Below are positions 1 through 11,900 of a stretch of DNA of 64,000 bases, one piece after another. Position numbers and translations under genes: made by a program. Origin of the DNA: Myxococcales bacterium (GTDB lineage Bacteria > Myxococcota_A > Polyangia > Polyangiales > DASUME01); assembly GCA_047601445.1 (NCBI GenBank), contig JASGJH010000001.1, positions 2,208,001 to 2,272,000 on the forward strand, written 5' to 3'. The stretch's first letter is position 1, and each line of letters starts with the position of its first letter. Under the pieces are notes generated by a model that was not told the origin of the DNA, searched no databases, and saw nothing but the letters and a program-made list of their open reading frames with translations.

Positions 1-504
1 CGGCATCAGGGGTGCTCGCACAGGGGCCGAGCTGAAGGCAGGCGAGTCGCCTTCGTCGCTGGCCGCCAAGGGTGCGGCTCGGGACGAGTGCTCCTCGTAG
101 AGGCGGAGCATGGGCCGCTGTTCCTCGCGTGGGGCGTCCGCGTGGCTGCGCGACGGGCGCGAGTGTCCGCCGCTCTTGCTCGCGGCAGACGAGGCCTCAC
201 GCTCGCCGATGGTCACGCTCTCGCGAACGGGCTCGCGGGCGCCTTCCGCCACCGCATAGCGGAGTTCGCGTTGGGACGCTTCGAGCAGGGAGAGCCGGCT
301 CTCGAGCTGATTCAAGCGGCGATCGCGTTCGGCCAGCTGGGCCCTGAGGTTGGCGAGTTCGGTTTGGTCCGTCGTGGACACTCCCGCGGCCTCGACCCGG
401 GCCGCGCGCCCGGCACAGCTGCTGCCGAGACACAGCAACGCCAGTAGGCCGGCCGCACCGCGTGCCCGTCGTCCGCCACGCTGAAAGCTTCGGCCTTGCA
501 ACAC
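1..504 (-). CDS. Putative lipoprotein with N-terminal coiled coil, possibly CpoB/YbgF-like; 3' end runs off the window
   Basis: Read by hand; absent from the ORF track. GGAG precedes a GTG at 504 and the frame is open to position 1. Translation includes the lipobox-like LLALLCLGSSC and coiled coil ELANLRAQLAERDRRLNQLESRLSLLE. The CpoB assignment is architectural inference only. Confidence 0.55.
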   Translation of the reverse strand, partial: MLQGRSFQRGGRRARGAAGLLALLCLGSSCAGRAARVEAAGVSTTDQTELANLRAQLAERDRRLNQLESRLSLLEASQRELRYAVAEGAREPVRESVTIGEREASSAASKSGGHSRPSRSHADAPREEQRPMLRLYEEHSSRAAPLAASDEGDSPAFSSAPVRAPLMP

Positions 505-617
505 TTTGCGACGCTCCTCCAGAAACCAAAACAGGCGACGGTTCGGGCGTGGAACCCGAGACTCGGCCGATTGGAATCGTAGGGAGCCGCTCGCTTCGAG
601 GTCAAATAAGGCTCTGC

Positions 618-896
618 TTACGGGGACGGTCCTGGTGGCGGATCGCACAGCGCCTCGAGACATCCCTCGTCGAGCAGGTCCCGGATCAGCTCATCGAGCT
701 GGCTCGTAAGCCCCGCTGGCGCCAGCAGAAAGACCTCGTCCGAGCCATGGCTGTCTTGGCTGACGTGCATGAAGGCCAGGCCGTCGTGTGCCTCGAGCAC
801 ATAGCGTAGCCACGCCACGTTCTCGGGTTTCACTCGTGCGCGCCGCTCGACCAGCCCCTCCCCTCGCGGCGAGAACTCTGGGCTGGCTGCGCTCAT
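618..896 (-). CDS. DUF4911-like small protein
   Basis: VKPENVAWLRYVLEAHDGLA resembles the DUF4911 pattern; ATGA overlap with the accA stop. Confidence 0.6.
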   Translation of the reverse strand: MSAASPEFSPRGEGLVERRARVKPENVAWLRYVLEAHDGLAFMHVSQDSHGSDEVFLLAPAGLTSQLDELIRDLLDEGCLEALCDPPPGPSP

Positions 897-1840
897 TCCA
901 CGAACTGTCCCAGCGCGCGGAACTTCCGATAGCGCTGTTCCCGGAGTTCGGCCGGCGACAGCCTGCCCAGCTCCGCCAGGGCGCTCCTGAGCGCGCCGCG
1001 CACCTCGTTGGCCGTGCGGTCGTAGTCCCGGTGTGCGCCGCCCAGGGGCTCATCGAGCACGCCGTCGACCACGCCGAGTTGATGTACGTCACGCGCCAGC
1101 AGCTTGAGCTGCTCGGCCGCGTCCGGCGCACGCGTTCCGTCACGCCACAGGATGGAGGCGCAGCCCTCGGGTGTGATCACGCTGTACGTGGCGTTCTCGA
1201 GCATGAACACCTTGTTCGCCACGCCGAGACCGAGTGCGCCGCCCGAGCCGCCCTCGCCGATCACCGTCGCCACGACGGGCACCGTGAGCCGCGAAAGGAC
1301 CAACAGGGCATCGCCGATGGCCTCACTCTGGCCGCGCTCCTCCGCGCCGAGTCCTGGGTAAGCACCGGGCGTATCGATGAACGTGATCACCGGCCGCTGG
1401 AAGCGCTCGGCGAGCTCCATGATGCGGCAGGCTTTGCGGTACCCCTCGGGGTGCGCCATGCCGAAATTGCGCTGGAGCTTCTGCTTGGTGGTGCGGCCCT
1501 TCTGCTGGCCGATCACGGCCACGGAGCGGCCCTCGAAGCGCGCGAAGCCCGCCACCACGGCCGGGTCGTCGGCGAAGGCGCGGTCGCCGTGCAGCTCCAC
1601 GAAGTCGTCGAAGATGCGCTCGAGGTAGTCCAGGAAGTAGGGGCGATCCGGATGGCGGCTGAGCTGCACGCGCTGCCAGATGGTGAGCTCGCCGTAGATC
1701 TCGCGCGAGAGTCGCTCGGAGCGCTCCTCGAGCTTCTTGAGCTCTTTGTCCACGCGGCCGCCCCCGTCGGAGAGGGTCTTGAGCTCACGCAGACGAGCTT
1801 CCAGTTCGACCAGCGGCTGTTCAAAATCCAGGTGCGCCAT
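893..1840 (-). CDS. accA: Acetyl-CoA carboxylase carboxyltransferase alpha subunit
   Basis: Motifs LDFEQPL, RHPDRP, ELHGDR, IDTPGAYPG, GEGGSGGA, YSVITPEGCASILW. Confidence 0.97.
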   Translation of the reverse strand: MAHLDFEQPLVELEARLRELKTLSDGGGRVDKELKKLEERSERLSREIYGELTIWQRVQLSRHPDRPYFLDYLERIFDDFVELHGDRAFADDPAVVAGFARFEGRSVAVIGQQKGRTTKQKLQRNFGMAHPEGYRKACRIMELAERFQRPVITFIDTPGAYPGLGAEERGQSEAIGDALLVLSRLTVPVVATVIGEGGSGGALGLGVANKVFMLENATYSVITPEGCASILWRDGTRAPDAAEQLKLLARDVHQLGVVDGVLDEPLGGAHRDYDRTANEVRGALRSALAELGRLSPAELREQRYRKFRALGQFVE

Positions 1841-2111
1841 TTTGCGCAGGGTTTAACGCGCGGCCCGCGCCGAGTCCAAGCACTCGTGGGCAAACCGACC
1901 TGGCTTGGATCGCGGCCCACGTGCGCCGAGAGACGGCGGCGGGCGCGGACAACCGCGGCTCGCCCGCTGAGCGACTTGGTGAACGGAGCGAACCTCGCGG
2001 AAGGGCGGGGTCCGACGCGCCTTTGCAGCGGGCAGGAAGGTCGCGTGACCACGCGGTGCAAAAACCGTTAACTCGGAGAAAAGTAGCCGGTTGAGCGGGC
2101 GGTCAGACGAC

Positions 2112-3875
2112 CTACGGGCGCCCGATGCGTGGGCCGCCCTTTTCGCCGATCACCGCGTAGATGCGCAGCGGGCGGGACTTACCCTTGAGCGGAATCGGCG
2201 GCTGCTCCTGTAGGTCGAACAGGCCGTTGAGGTGCTTCTCGGTGTCCTCACTCACCAGAATCTGCCCCGCCTGGGCGGCCGAGCAAAGGCGTGCACCCGT
2301 ATTCACCGAGTCGCCGATCACGGTGTACTCGAGGGCCTTGCTGGAGCCGAGGTAGCCCGCGACCACCTCACCGGTGTTGATGCCGATGCCGATGACCACC
2401 GGGACCTTGCCCTTGGCGGCGCGCTCGGCGTTCCAGTCGTTCAGCACATTCAACATCTCGAGCGCGGTGCGCACGGCGCGGATGGGATCGTCGGCGTGGG
2501 TCACGGGCGAGCCGTAGAGCGCCATGATCTCGTCGCCCACGAACTTGTCGAGCGTGCCCTCGTAGCGGAATACGATGTCGACCATCAGCTCGAAGTACTC
2601 GTTGAGCATGTCGACGATCTCTTGGGCGTTGCGCGACTCACTCATGCTGGTGAAGCCGCGGATGTCGCTGAAGAGCACCGTGGTCTGGCGCTGCTCGCCG
2701 CCCTTGGCGACCTCGACCTTACCCGCGATGACCTGCTCGGCGATGGCCGGCGAGAGCAAGCGCTGGAAGCGATCGCGCGTGAGGGCTTCTTGCTGGAGTT
2801 TCTTGGCGTACAGGCTGTTCTGGATGGCGACCGCGGCCTGGTTGGCGACGTTCTGGAACAGCTGCAGGTCCTTCTCCTGGAACGCGTTGGCGGCGATCGA
2901 GGAGTCGAGCAGCATGATGCCGAACAGCTCGCTGCCGTAGATCAACGGCACCGCCATGCTCGAGCGAATGCCCTGCATGATGATCGAGTGCGCGCCCGAG
3001 AAGCGAGAGTCCACCGACGCATCGCTCGAGAGCACCGCGGCCTTGTCGCGCAGCACCTCGTTGATGATGGTGGTGGAGAGGACGACCTGCTCGTCCTGGG
3101 CACTCTTGCGCTTGTTGCGCACGCAGCGCGGCGCGAGCTCGCCATTGTCGTTGTACATCAGCACCACGCCGCGGTCGGCGGGCAACAGATCGAAGGCGCG
3201 ATCGAGGATTTTGGTGAGCAGGGTGTCGATGTCGAGCTCGACGCCGATGGCCCTGGAGAGGTCGTAGCTGATGCGCAGCTTTTCGTAGTCGCGGCGTAGC
3301 TGGGCCACGTCCTGGATGAGGCCCTCCGGCAAGAAGCTCTGCTCGGCGAGTGGCGCGAGCTTGGTGCGGATGTGGCTCTCCACCATGCCGGGGGCGATGG
3401 TGACCTTGGACATGTCCCGCCCGGGTGTGGGCGGAGTCGCGGGCGCAGGTGCCGCCGCGGCGGGCGTACGCGGGATGGGCGCAGTGACCGCACCCGCCGG
3501 GGACGGGCTCAGCGAGACCGCACCAACGGCACCAGGCACTGCCGGGTTGGACACACGCGGCTGGGGCACCGTGGGCGCGGACTCACGGGGATAGTCGGCG
3601 TACATCAAGATGCGGGTAGCGCCGAGAGTGATTTCGTCCCCCGTAAAGAGGGGCTTCTCATGCACCCGCTCCCCGTTCACGTAGGTGCCGTTCAAGGACC
3701 CCAAGTCCCGCAAGAGGAACCGGCCATTCACCAGATCGATGTGGCAGTGCTCTTTGGAGACGATGCGATCCAGCACCTGCACCGTGTTGTTCGGGTGCCG
3801 TCCGATGCTGTTGTGGGCAAGAAGGACTGCTTCCTTCTCGCCCTCCGGGCTGATTACCTTTATGCGCCCACCCAT
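2112..3875 (-). CDS. FHA-GAF-class III adenylate cyclase
   Basis: FHA (IGRHPNN, SKEHC, DLGSLNGT), Pro/Ala linker, GAF (IRSSMAVPL) and cyclase motifs FSDIRGFT, DKFVGDEIMA, YTVIGDSVNTGARL. Confidence 0.92.
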   Translation of the reverse strand: MGGRIKVISPEGEKEAVLLAHNSIGRHPNNTVQVLDRIVSKEHCHIDLVNGRFLLRDLGSLNGTYVNGERVHEKPLFTGDEITLGATRILMYADYPRESAPTVPQPRVSNPAVPGAVGAVSLSPSPAGAVTAPIPRTPAAAAPAPATPPTPGRDMSKVTIAPGMVESHIRTKLAPLAEQSFLPEGLIQDVAQLRRDYEKLRISYDLSRAIGVELDIDTLLTKILDRAFDLLPADRGVVLMYNDNGELAPRCVRNKRKSAQDEQVVLSTTIINEVLRDKAAVLSSDASVDSRFSGAHSIIMQGIRSSMAVPLIYGSELFGIMLLDSSIAANAFQEKDLQLFQNVANQAAVAIQNSLYAKKLQQEALTRDRFQRLLSPAIAEQVIAGKVEVAKGGEQRQTTVLFSDIRGFTSMSESRNAQEIVDMLNEYFELMVDIVFRYEGTLDKFVGDEIMALYGSPVTHADDPIRAVRTALEMLNVLNDWNAERAAKGKVPVVIGIGINTGEVVAGYLGSSKALEYTVIGDSVNTGARLCSAAQAGQILVSEDTEKHLNGLFDLQEQPPIPLKGKSRPLRIYAVIGEKGGPRIGRP

Positions 3876-4000
3876 GCCGATCCGCAGAAGATGCTAACGA
3901 CCTCGGCCATTTGAGTAAAGACTCGTGAGCATAGGAAACGAAACTCATGGCCCACCGAGTGGCCTTCGAGCACAGGGTGTCGCCCTTCTCATTTGCGGTC

Positions 4001-4016
4001 TGGCGCGCTTACTGCT
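4001..4016 (+). promoter_or_regulatory. Sigma54-like -24/-12 promoter upstream of rpoZ
   Basis: TGGCGCG-CTTA-CTGCT with exact GG-N10-GC spacing, about 30 nt before the rpoZ start and upstream of its GAGGAG RBS. Confidence 0.45.
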
Positions 4017-4047
4017 AGGGTCCGCCCCCTTTTCTGAGGAGACCGAT

Positions 4048-4299
4048 ATGGCGCGCGTAACAGTCGAAGATTGCCTCGAGCGAGACGAAAACCGTTTTGC
4101 GTTGGTGATCTTGGCAGCCCGGCGCACGCGACAGCTCATGAAGGGCTCGCAGCTCCTGGTGGGCAGTAAGAACCGCGCGGCCGTCACGGCCCTGCGCGAG
4201 ATCGCGGCGGGTAAGGTCAAGTTCTCCCGCGCCCCGGGCGACACGGTCCGCGAGTATATTGCGGAGCAGAAGGCCGCCGACACCGCCCGCAACGGCTGA
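4048..4299 (+). CDS. rpoZ: RNA polymerase omega subunit
   Basis: MARVTVEDCL...NRFALVILAARRTRQL...VTALREIAAG; GAGGAG RBS before ATG 4048. Confidence 0.95.
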   Translation: MARVTVEDCLERDENRFALVILAARRTRQLMKGSQLLVGSKNRAAVTALREIAAGKVKFSRAPGDTVREYIAEQKAADTARNG

Positions 4300-4480
4300 C
4301 CGCCGACTTGCGGCCCCCCCCGACCCTGGCCCCGCGTATCCGTACGCACGCCGGGGTTTTGGCGTTTCGGGGGAGCACCGAGCGGAACCGGGCGAGGTCG
4401 TGCGGTCTCGCGGGTGAGCTCGGCTAGGGCCCAGTGCCGCGTGGCTCACAAAAGCCTCCAACTTTCCCTGCGGCCCCCCG

Positions 4481-4508
4481 TTGACTCCCTGAGACCCAAC
4501 GTTATCTT
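4481..4508 (+). promoter_or_regulatory. Sigma70-type promoter for groES-groEL
   Basis: TTGACT-16 nt-TATCTT immediately upstream of the CIRCE element. Confidence 0.55.
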
Positions 4509-4518
4509 GCGCCGGCTG

Positions 4519-4545
4519 TTAGCAGTCACCTTGGGTGAGTGCTAA
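4519..4545 (+). promoter_or_regulatory. CIRCE element (HrcA operator)
   Basis: TTAGCAGTC-N9-GAGTGCTAA, one mismatch to TTAGCACTC-N9-GAGTGCTAA, upstream of groES. Confidence 0.92.
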
Positions 4546-4659
4546 CCGCGCTGGCTCACGAGGGACCGGCTGTAGGAGCCGGTCGCACCCAGCCCGAGAG
4601 GTTGGCCTGGAGCGGCTGGCACACGGCCCCTCGCTGCGTTTCTAACTGGAGGAGAACAC

Positions 4660-4953
4660 ATGTCTATTCGACCCCTGCACGACCGCGTCCTCATCAAGCG
4701 CGTAGAAGAAGAGCAGAAGACCAAGGGCGGCATCATCATCCCCGACACCGCCAAGGAAAAGCCTGCTGAGGGCAAGGTTGTCGCCGTGGGCACCGGCCGC
4801 GTTCAGGAAGACGGCAAGGTCCGCGCGCTCGACGTCAAGAAGGGCGATCGCGTGCTGTTCGGCAAGTACAGCGGCACCGAGGTCAAGGTCGACGGCGAAG
4901 AGCTCATCATCATGCGCGAGGACGACATCCTCTGCGTGATCGAAGGCAAGTGA
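4660..4953 (+). CDS. groES: Co-chaperonin GroES
   Basis: [43 protein letters not shown]. Confidence 0.98.
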   Translation: MSIRPLHDRVLIKRVEEEQKTKGGIIIPDTAKEKPAEGKVVAVGTGRVQEDGKVRALDVKKGDRVLFGKYSGTEVKVDGEELIIMREDDILCVIEGK

Positions 4954-4958
4954 GGTAA

Positions 4959-6599
<1,641 letters not shown>

Positions 6600-6624
6600 T
6601 CGAGTCCGCAGCTGCTGAAACGTG

Positions 6625-6658
6625 AAAGGGCGACCCGATGGGTCGCCCTTTTGCTTTT
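6625..6658 (+). terminator. Rho-independent terminator after groEL, possibly bidirectional
   Basis: AAAGGGCGACCC-GAT-GGGTCGCCCTTT followed by TGCTTTT, between convergent genes. Confidence 0.85.
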
Positions 6659-6718
6659 GGAGTTAGCGGCGGCCTCTCGAGGTCGCTTTTCGCGCAGGAA
6701 CCGAAGGGCCTCCCTCCC

Positions 6719-8830
6719 TCAGCCCTCGGGGTTCCCGAACGGCGGCGGCGGCACCGAGCCACGAATCTGGGCGCGCAGGTTCTCCTCCAGCTGGAGGATG
6801 CGCTGATCGCGGTTGGCGAGTTCGCGCTCCACATCGACCAGACGAGCGTCGCGGGCGGCCAGCTCCGAGCGCAGAGACTCCTCGGCCTGCGACGCGGCCG
6901 AAGCCCCGAGCGTGTTCGCGCTGCCTCCGGGTGAACCGGCCAAACTCGCCAGGATGCCGCGTGCCTCGGCCAGCGCGGCCCGTGCATCGTCGCGCTCCGA
7001 GCGGGCGTCTTGCTCGCGGCGCTGAGCCAGCTCCACGCGGGCTTCCGTCTCCACGCGCAACGCATCGGCATCGGCGCGCGCCAGACGCAGCTCGTCCTGC
7101 GTGGCTCGCAGGTCGTCCTCGAGACTGTCCATACGGCGCCGTGCGGCTTCGAGTTCGGCATCGAAGGTATCGATGCGCTCGGCATCTTCGGCGTGGGCCT
7201 CGGCAAACCGATCGGCTTCCTCGAGCTCGCGCGTCAATTCACGCACGCGGTGCTCGAGACGGTCGAGCTCTGCCTCGAGTTCGACCACGCGGTCCGCGTC
7301 CTCGACCTTGGACTGCATCCGATCGATGTAGTCCTCCAGCTCGTCGATGCGGTCCTTGGCCCGCAGCAGCTCGTCGTCGTCCCCGGGCGCGCTGCTCGCG
7401 GCAGCACGGCTCGAGAGCCGCGCGATGCTCGCAAGCGCCACCTCGGTCTCCTGGGCCCGCAAGCGAAGCCCGGTGAGCTCGCCCCGCGTGCGATCTTCGT
7501 TGGCCTTGTTCGGAATGGTTTGCGCGAGATTGGCGCCGAGCTGCGCCCTCAGTTCGTCGGCTCGCATGGTGGCCGACTCGCGCGCCAGCTCGGCCTCCAG
7601 CGCGCGCTGCACGGCGCGCTCACGCTCGGCCTCCAGCTCGGTGACGCGGGCGTCGTGCTCCACCGCCACATGTTCGGCGCGCTCACGGCTCCGCAGTTCC
7701 TCGAGCAAGTCCTTGGCCACCGTCTCGTGGTGCTTGCGCTCACGGGAGGCCGCCAGCGATAGCTCGCCGGCCTCCACCAAGCGCGCCTCGAACGCCTTGC
7801 ACTCGTCGGCCAGTGCGCCGACCTCCTGACGCGCCGCCTCGAGCGCGCGCTCCGCCTCGAGCCGCTTCGATTGCGCGTCGGCGAGCTCTTTCCTGGCCTC
7901 GCTCAAGCCGCGCTCGAGCGCCTCGTACTGGTTGCGCTCGCGTCCCGCGTTGGCGTCGCGCTCGAGGAGCTCGTGCTCCAGGAAGCGCACGCGGGCGACG
8001 GCGTCGTCGTAGTCGCCTTCGATCTCGGTGAGCTTGCGCTCCAGGTGCTTCCCGCGCTCGAGCTGCCGCTCGGCCTGGGTCTGCGCGCGGCGCAGCGACT
8101 CGACCTCGCGTAGGAGCTCGCTCTCGCGATGCAGCGCGTTGCGCGCTTCGTCTTCCGCACGGTTGAGCTCATGCAACAGCTCCGCGCTGGGCGCGGCGGG
8201 GGCCTGCTCGGCGGGCTCAGTCTCGCTGGCGGGCACCTGAACCCACAAGCGCGCCTCGAGATCCAGCCGCAGGTCGCTACCAAAACCCACGAAGCGCTGA
8301 GCGCGCTCCCGCAGGCCACGCACCAAGCTCGAGTCCACGCTGAAGTCTTCGTCGCGCGGGGCGTCGTGGGCGCCGAAAGAGAAGCCGGACAGGGCCGCCT
8401 GACCGATCACGCGGACATAGCGGAACTCCGCCCCCAACAGCCGCTCGAGGCCCCCCTGGGGTGAGCCTCGTCGGCGACGGCTACCGCCTGCGAACGGAGA
8501 CGTACCGAGCACCAGGATTCCGTCCTCGCGCAGTACGCGGCGCAGCTCGCGCACCGCGTCGGGCCTGGGCTCGGGCAAAAACGAGATGTCGACGGCGACC
8601 ACCAGGTCGAACACGCCATCCCGGAAGGGCAGCTCGGGGACCTCCCCGTTCGAGGGCACCCGACTGCTTGGGTCGATAATCTCGAGCCGCTCGGCGACGC
8701 GTCCCAGGCGCGCTCCCAGCGTCCCCTCGGCTTCTCCCAACAGCAAAAGCCGGCGTCCCTCGGCGAGGGGCTCCAAATAGACAGCCAAAGCTTCGTCGGT
8801 GTGCACGGTATGGGCAACAGGCTGAGTCAT
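6719..8830 (-). CDS. Degenerate methyltransferase-like domain fused to a long coiled coil
   Basis: LPFRDGVFDLVV and ELRRVLREDGILV are class I MTase motifs, followed by about 480 aa of E/R/A/L heptad sequence. Confidence 0.8.
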   Translation of the reverse strand: MTQPVAHTVHTDEALAVYLEPLAEGRRLLLLGEAEGTLGARLGRVAERLEIIDPSSRVPSNGEVPELPFRDGVFDLVVAVDISFLPEPRPDAVRELRRVLREDGILVLGTSPFAGGSRRRRGSPQGGLERLLGAEFRYVRVIGQAALSGFSFGAHDAPRDEDFSVDSSLVRGLRERAQRFVGFGSDLRLDLEARLWVQVPASETEPAEQAPAAPSAELLHELNRAEDEARNALHRESELLREVESLRRAQTQAERQLERGKHLERKLTEIEGDYDDAVARVRFLEHELLERDANAGRERNQYEALERGLSEARKELADAQSKRLEAERALEAARQEVGALADECKAFEARLVEAGELSLAASRERKHHETVAKDLLEELRSRERAEHVAVEHDARVTELEAERERAVQRALEAELARESATMRADELRAQLGANLAQTIPNKANEDRTRGELTGLRLRAQETEVALASIARLSSRAAASSAPGDDDELLRAKDRIDELEDYIDRMQSKVEDADRVVELEAELDRLEHRVRELTRELEEADRFAEAHAEDAERIDTFDAELEAARRRMDSLEDDLRATQDELRLARADADALRVETEARVELAQRREQDARSERDDARAALAEARGILASLAGSPGGSANTLGASAASQAEESLRSELAARDARLVDVERELANRDQRILQLEENLRAQIRGSVPPPPFGNPEG

Positions 8831-8968
8831 GGTGGTCGAACGCCTTACTCCAAACAGGGCGCCATAGTTTCATCCCGAAACGTGAGGGTCAATGCGCGGG
8901 GTATCACAAGTTTCGCGCGCTCCCAGCCGGCCCGAGCGCGAGAGGTCCGGTTCGTGTAGATTGGCTGG

Positions 8969-11900
8969 GTGCACGACTCGCACGGCGGCCCCCTGGACGC
9001 GGCTTCCACCAGCCCACAAGCCGATTGGCGCGCCCTGGAGGCGGCACGCGCCGGGGAACACGCGGCGGCGGCCCGAGAGGCCATGCAGTCGCTCACGCGC
9101 TACCTCGGCCGCGTAGGGCGCCGTGTACTCTGGTTCAAGCTCGTGCGGGGTGGTGCTTTCGCTGCGGGGGCGGGGCTCACTGCGCTCCTGATCTCCACGC
9201 TCACCGCGGGACCGAGCCTGGGTTGGCTCGGCGCGAGCCTGATTTGGGGCGCGCTGGGTGTGGCCGTGATCCTGGCATTCGCCATCGGCGTGGGGCGGCT
9301 CGACGAGCTGCGCGGCGATCGGCGCTCGCTGCTGATCTCGGGTTACGACCTGGGCCTCGCAGAGCGCACGCGATCGGCGGCGGCCCTGGTGCGTACTCCC
9401 AATGGCTCCCCCGAGCTGGTGGCGGCGCACGCCTCGCGCGTGGTCGAGGAGCTCTCCAAGGTGCCGCTCTCGGCCGCCGTGGCGCGACCCGAGAATTGGG
9501 CCCGCATGTCGGTGGTCGCCGCGCTGCTCGCAGTCTTCGCGTTCGGCTGGCTGACGCGCAGCGAGCAGGCCGCTTCCGGACTCTACGCCTTGTTCCACCC
9601 GGGCCAATCGGACGAGCAGGGTACGGCCATCGGCCTCTGGGTGGGGGCGCTCGAGGTCCAGCTCACGTTTCCCGAGCAGCTCGATCAGGCCCAACAAACC
9701 CTGCGCGATCCACGCCTGGTCTCGGTGCCCGAAGGCACGCTCGTGAGCATGCTCGTGACGCCCCGCATCGGCGTGGAGCGCGCGGTGCTCAAGCTCGGCG
9801 ATCAGACGCTACCCATGCGAGCCGACCGCAATGGCGCGTACAAGGTGACCTTCACTGCCGAGACGAGCCTCGACCTCGCGCTCACGGCGCGCATCGACGA
9901 GCGTTGGGTCCGCGATTCGACCGCGCGGACGCTTGTGGTCGCCGAGGACAAGGCTCCCACGGTTGACCTGGATGCCCCCCTCAAGGACCTCTCGGCAGCT
10001 CCCGACGAACCGGTGCCGTTCGTGTATCGCGCGGCCGACGACCACGGCCTCGGCAGCCTCGACCTGGTGGTCCAGATGGGCCCCGGACGCGAGCGCCGCG
10101 TGCACCTCGCCAGCTTCGATGCCGAGAGCGTGCAGCAGCGCTTCGCCTCCAGCACCGACGTGGTCCCCGCGGCGTTCGGCGCACGCTCGGGTCAAACGCT
10201 GGCCGTCTGGATCGAGGCCCGTGATCGCGACGGCTATGGCGGAGTCAACGTGGGTCGTTCGCCGGTCCGCACCATCACGGTGGGCGACGCGGAAGACGCG
10301 CATGGGGCCCCCGTGGAGCTGCTCGAGCGCACGCGCGACCTGTCGGTCGACACCCTGAGCGAACGCATGGAAACGCCGCTCGCCGAGGGCAGCAGCGAGG
10401 CCAAGCTACGAGACAAGCAGTTGAGTCGCAGCACGCGCGGCCTGGTGCGGGCGCTCGACACGTTGGCCACGGCGTATGCGGACGGCACCGGCGACGATGC
10501 CACGGCCGGCCTGTTGCGCGACATGGGCAAGCGCCTGTCCAGGCTGTCCCGCGAGGAGGCCAACGCTGCCGAGGACGGCAGTCAGCGCGAGCTGCGCAAG
10601 CTCGACGACTCGGCCGTCGCCGAGCTGGAAGACGACGTGCTGTGGCTGAGCGACCTGATCGGGCGCGCCAAGCTCGCCAACGCCGAGCACTCGCTGGAGC
10701 GCCTGGCAGCTACGCGCGCGCGCATGCACGAGCTGCTGAAGCAGCTGCGCAAGAGCCAGGATCCTGCGCGCAAGGCCGAGTTGATGGCGGAGATCGCGCG
10801 CGCGCGCGCGGAGCTGGCCGAGCTCGCCAAGAAGCTGAGCCAGGTGCGCCACGACGTGCCCGGCGATTTCGTGAATCACGAAGCTCTCGAGGCCCAGGCC
10901 AGCGAGGATCCGCTGCAGGACCTGGAGAATGCACTGGCGAAGGGCGACATGGAGGCCGCGGAAAAGGCCATGGCCGCCCTGGATCAGCAACTCAACGGGC
11001 TCGAGCACGGCCTCTCCGAGGGCGGCGAAGCCTTCGCCGACGCGCGCTTCGGCCCGCGCAACGCGGCGCTCGAGAAGGCGCGCAACGAGCTGTCCGAGCT
11101 CGAGCGTGCTCAGAAGCAGATCGCCAGCGAGACCGGACGCCTGGCCGACAAGGCCCGCGCCGAGCGCAGCCAAGAAGGCGAGTTCAAGGCCGAGGCCGAC
11201 CGGCTAGCGCAACAGGCCGCGGAGCTGGAAGAACGCACGCGCGAGCTCGAAGCAGGTCGCATGCAATCTCAGGTCTCGGAGAGCCAGGCCAGCGCCGCCC
11301 AGCGCCTGCGGGACGCCCGCGATGCTCTGAAGCAGGGCGACGCCCAGGAGGCGCGGGCCATGGCGCAGCGCGCTGCGGAAGATCTGGGCGGGGTGTCCTC
11401 GGAGATCACACTCGACTCACGCATGTACCCGGGGCCTGACGGCTCGCGCGCGGAGGCCGCCAAGAAAGCCGGCCAGCTCTCGCGCGACGTCTCACGCTTC
11501 GCCGAGGAGATCGAGAAGACCTTGCCGCAGGAACAGCGCGAGCTGTCTCCGGAGGACGGTCAGGCCCTCCGCAAGCAGGCGCCCGCCCAGCGCGGCGTGG
11601 GCGAACAGGCCTCCAAATTGGCCCAGGACATGCGCGACGAGGGTCCCCCTTCCCTGTCGGATCGGATCGGACGCGCCACGCGCGCGATGAAAAATGCGGC
11701 CGAGGCCCTCGAGCGCGGGGACGTGCGGGAGGCGCAGGCCGGCCAGCGCGAGGCCCTCGAGCGGCTGGGCGAGATCAATGAGGACCTGTCGCGTCAGGAG
11801 CGCGCCAGCCGCCAGGGCGATTCCGGTGAAGAGGGCGGCGGCGAGAGCGGGAGCAGCAACGAAAAGGTGGCGATCCCCGAGCAGGGCGACGACGCGCGTC

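Noticed and set aside
88..447. Plus-strand 119-aa ORF
   Set aside because: Antisense shadow of the minus-strand lipoprotein gene at 1-504.
1841..2111. Structured ncRNA upstream of accA
   Set aside because: Only short GC-rich stems; no family I can recognise. An Rfam scan would be needed.
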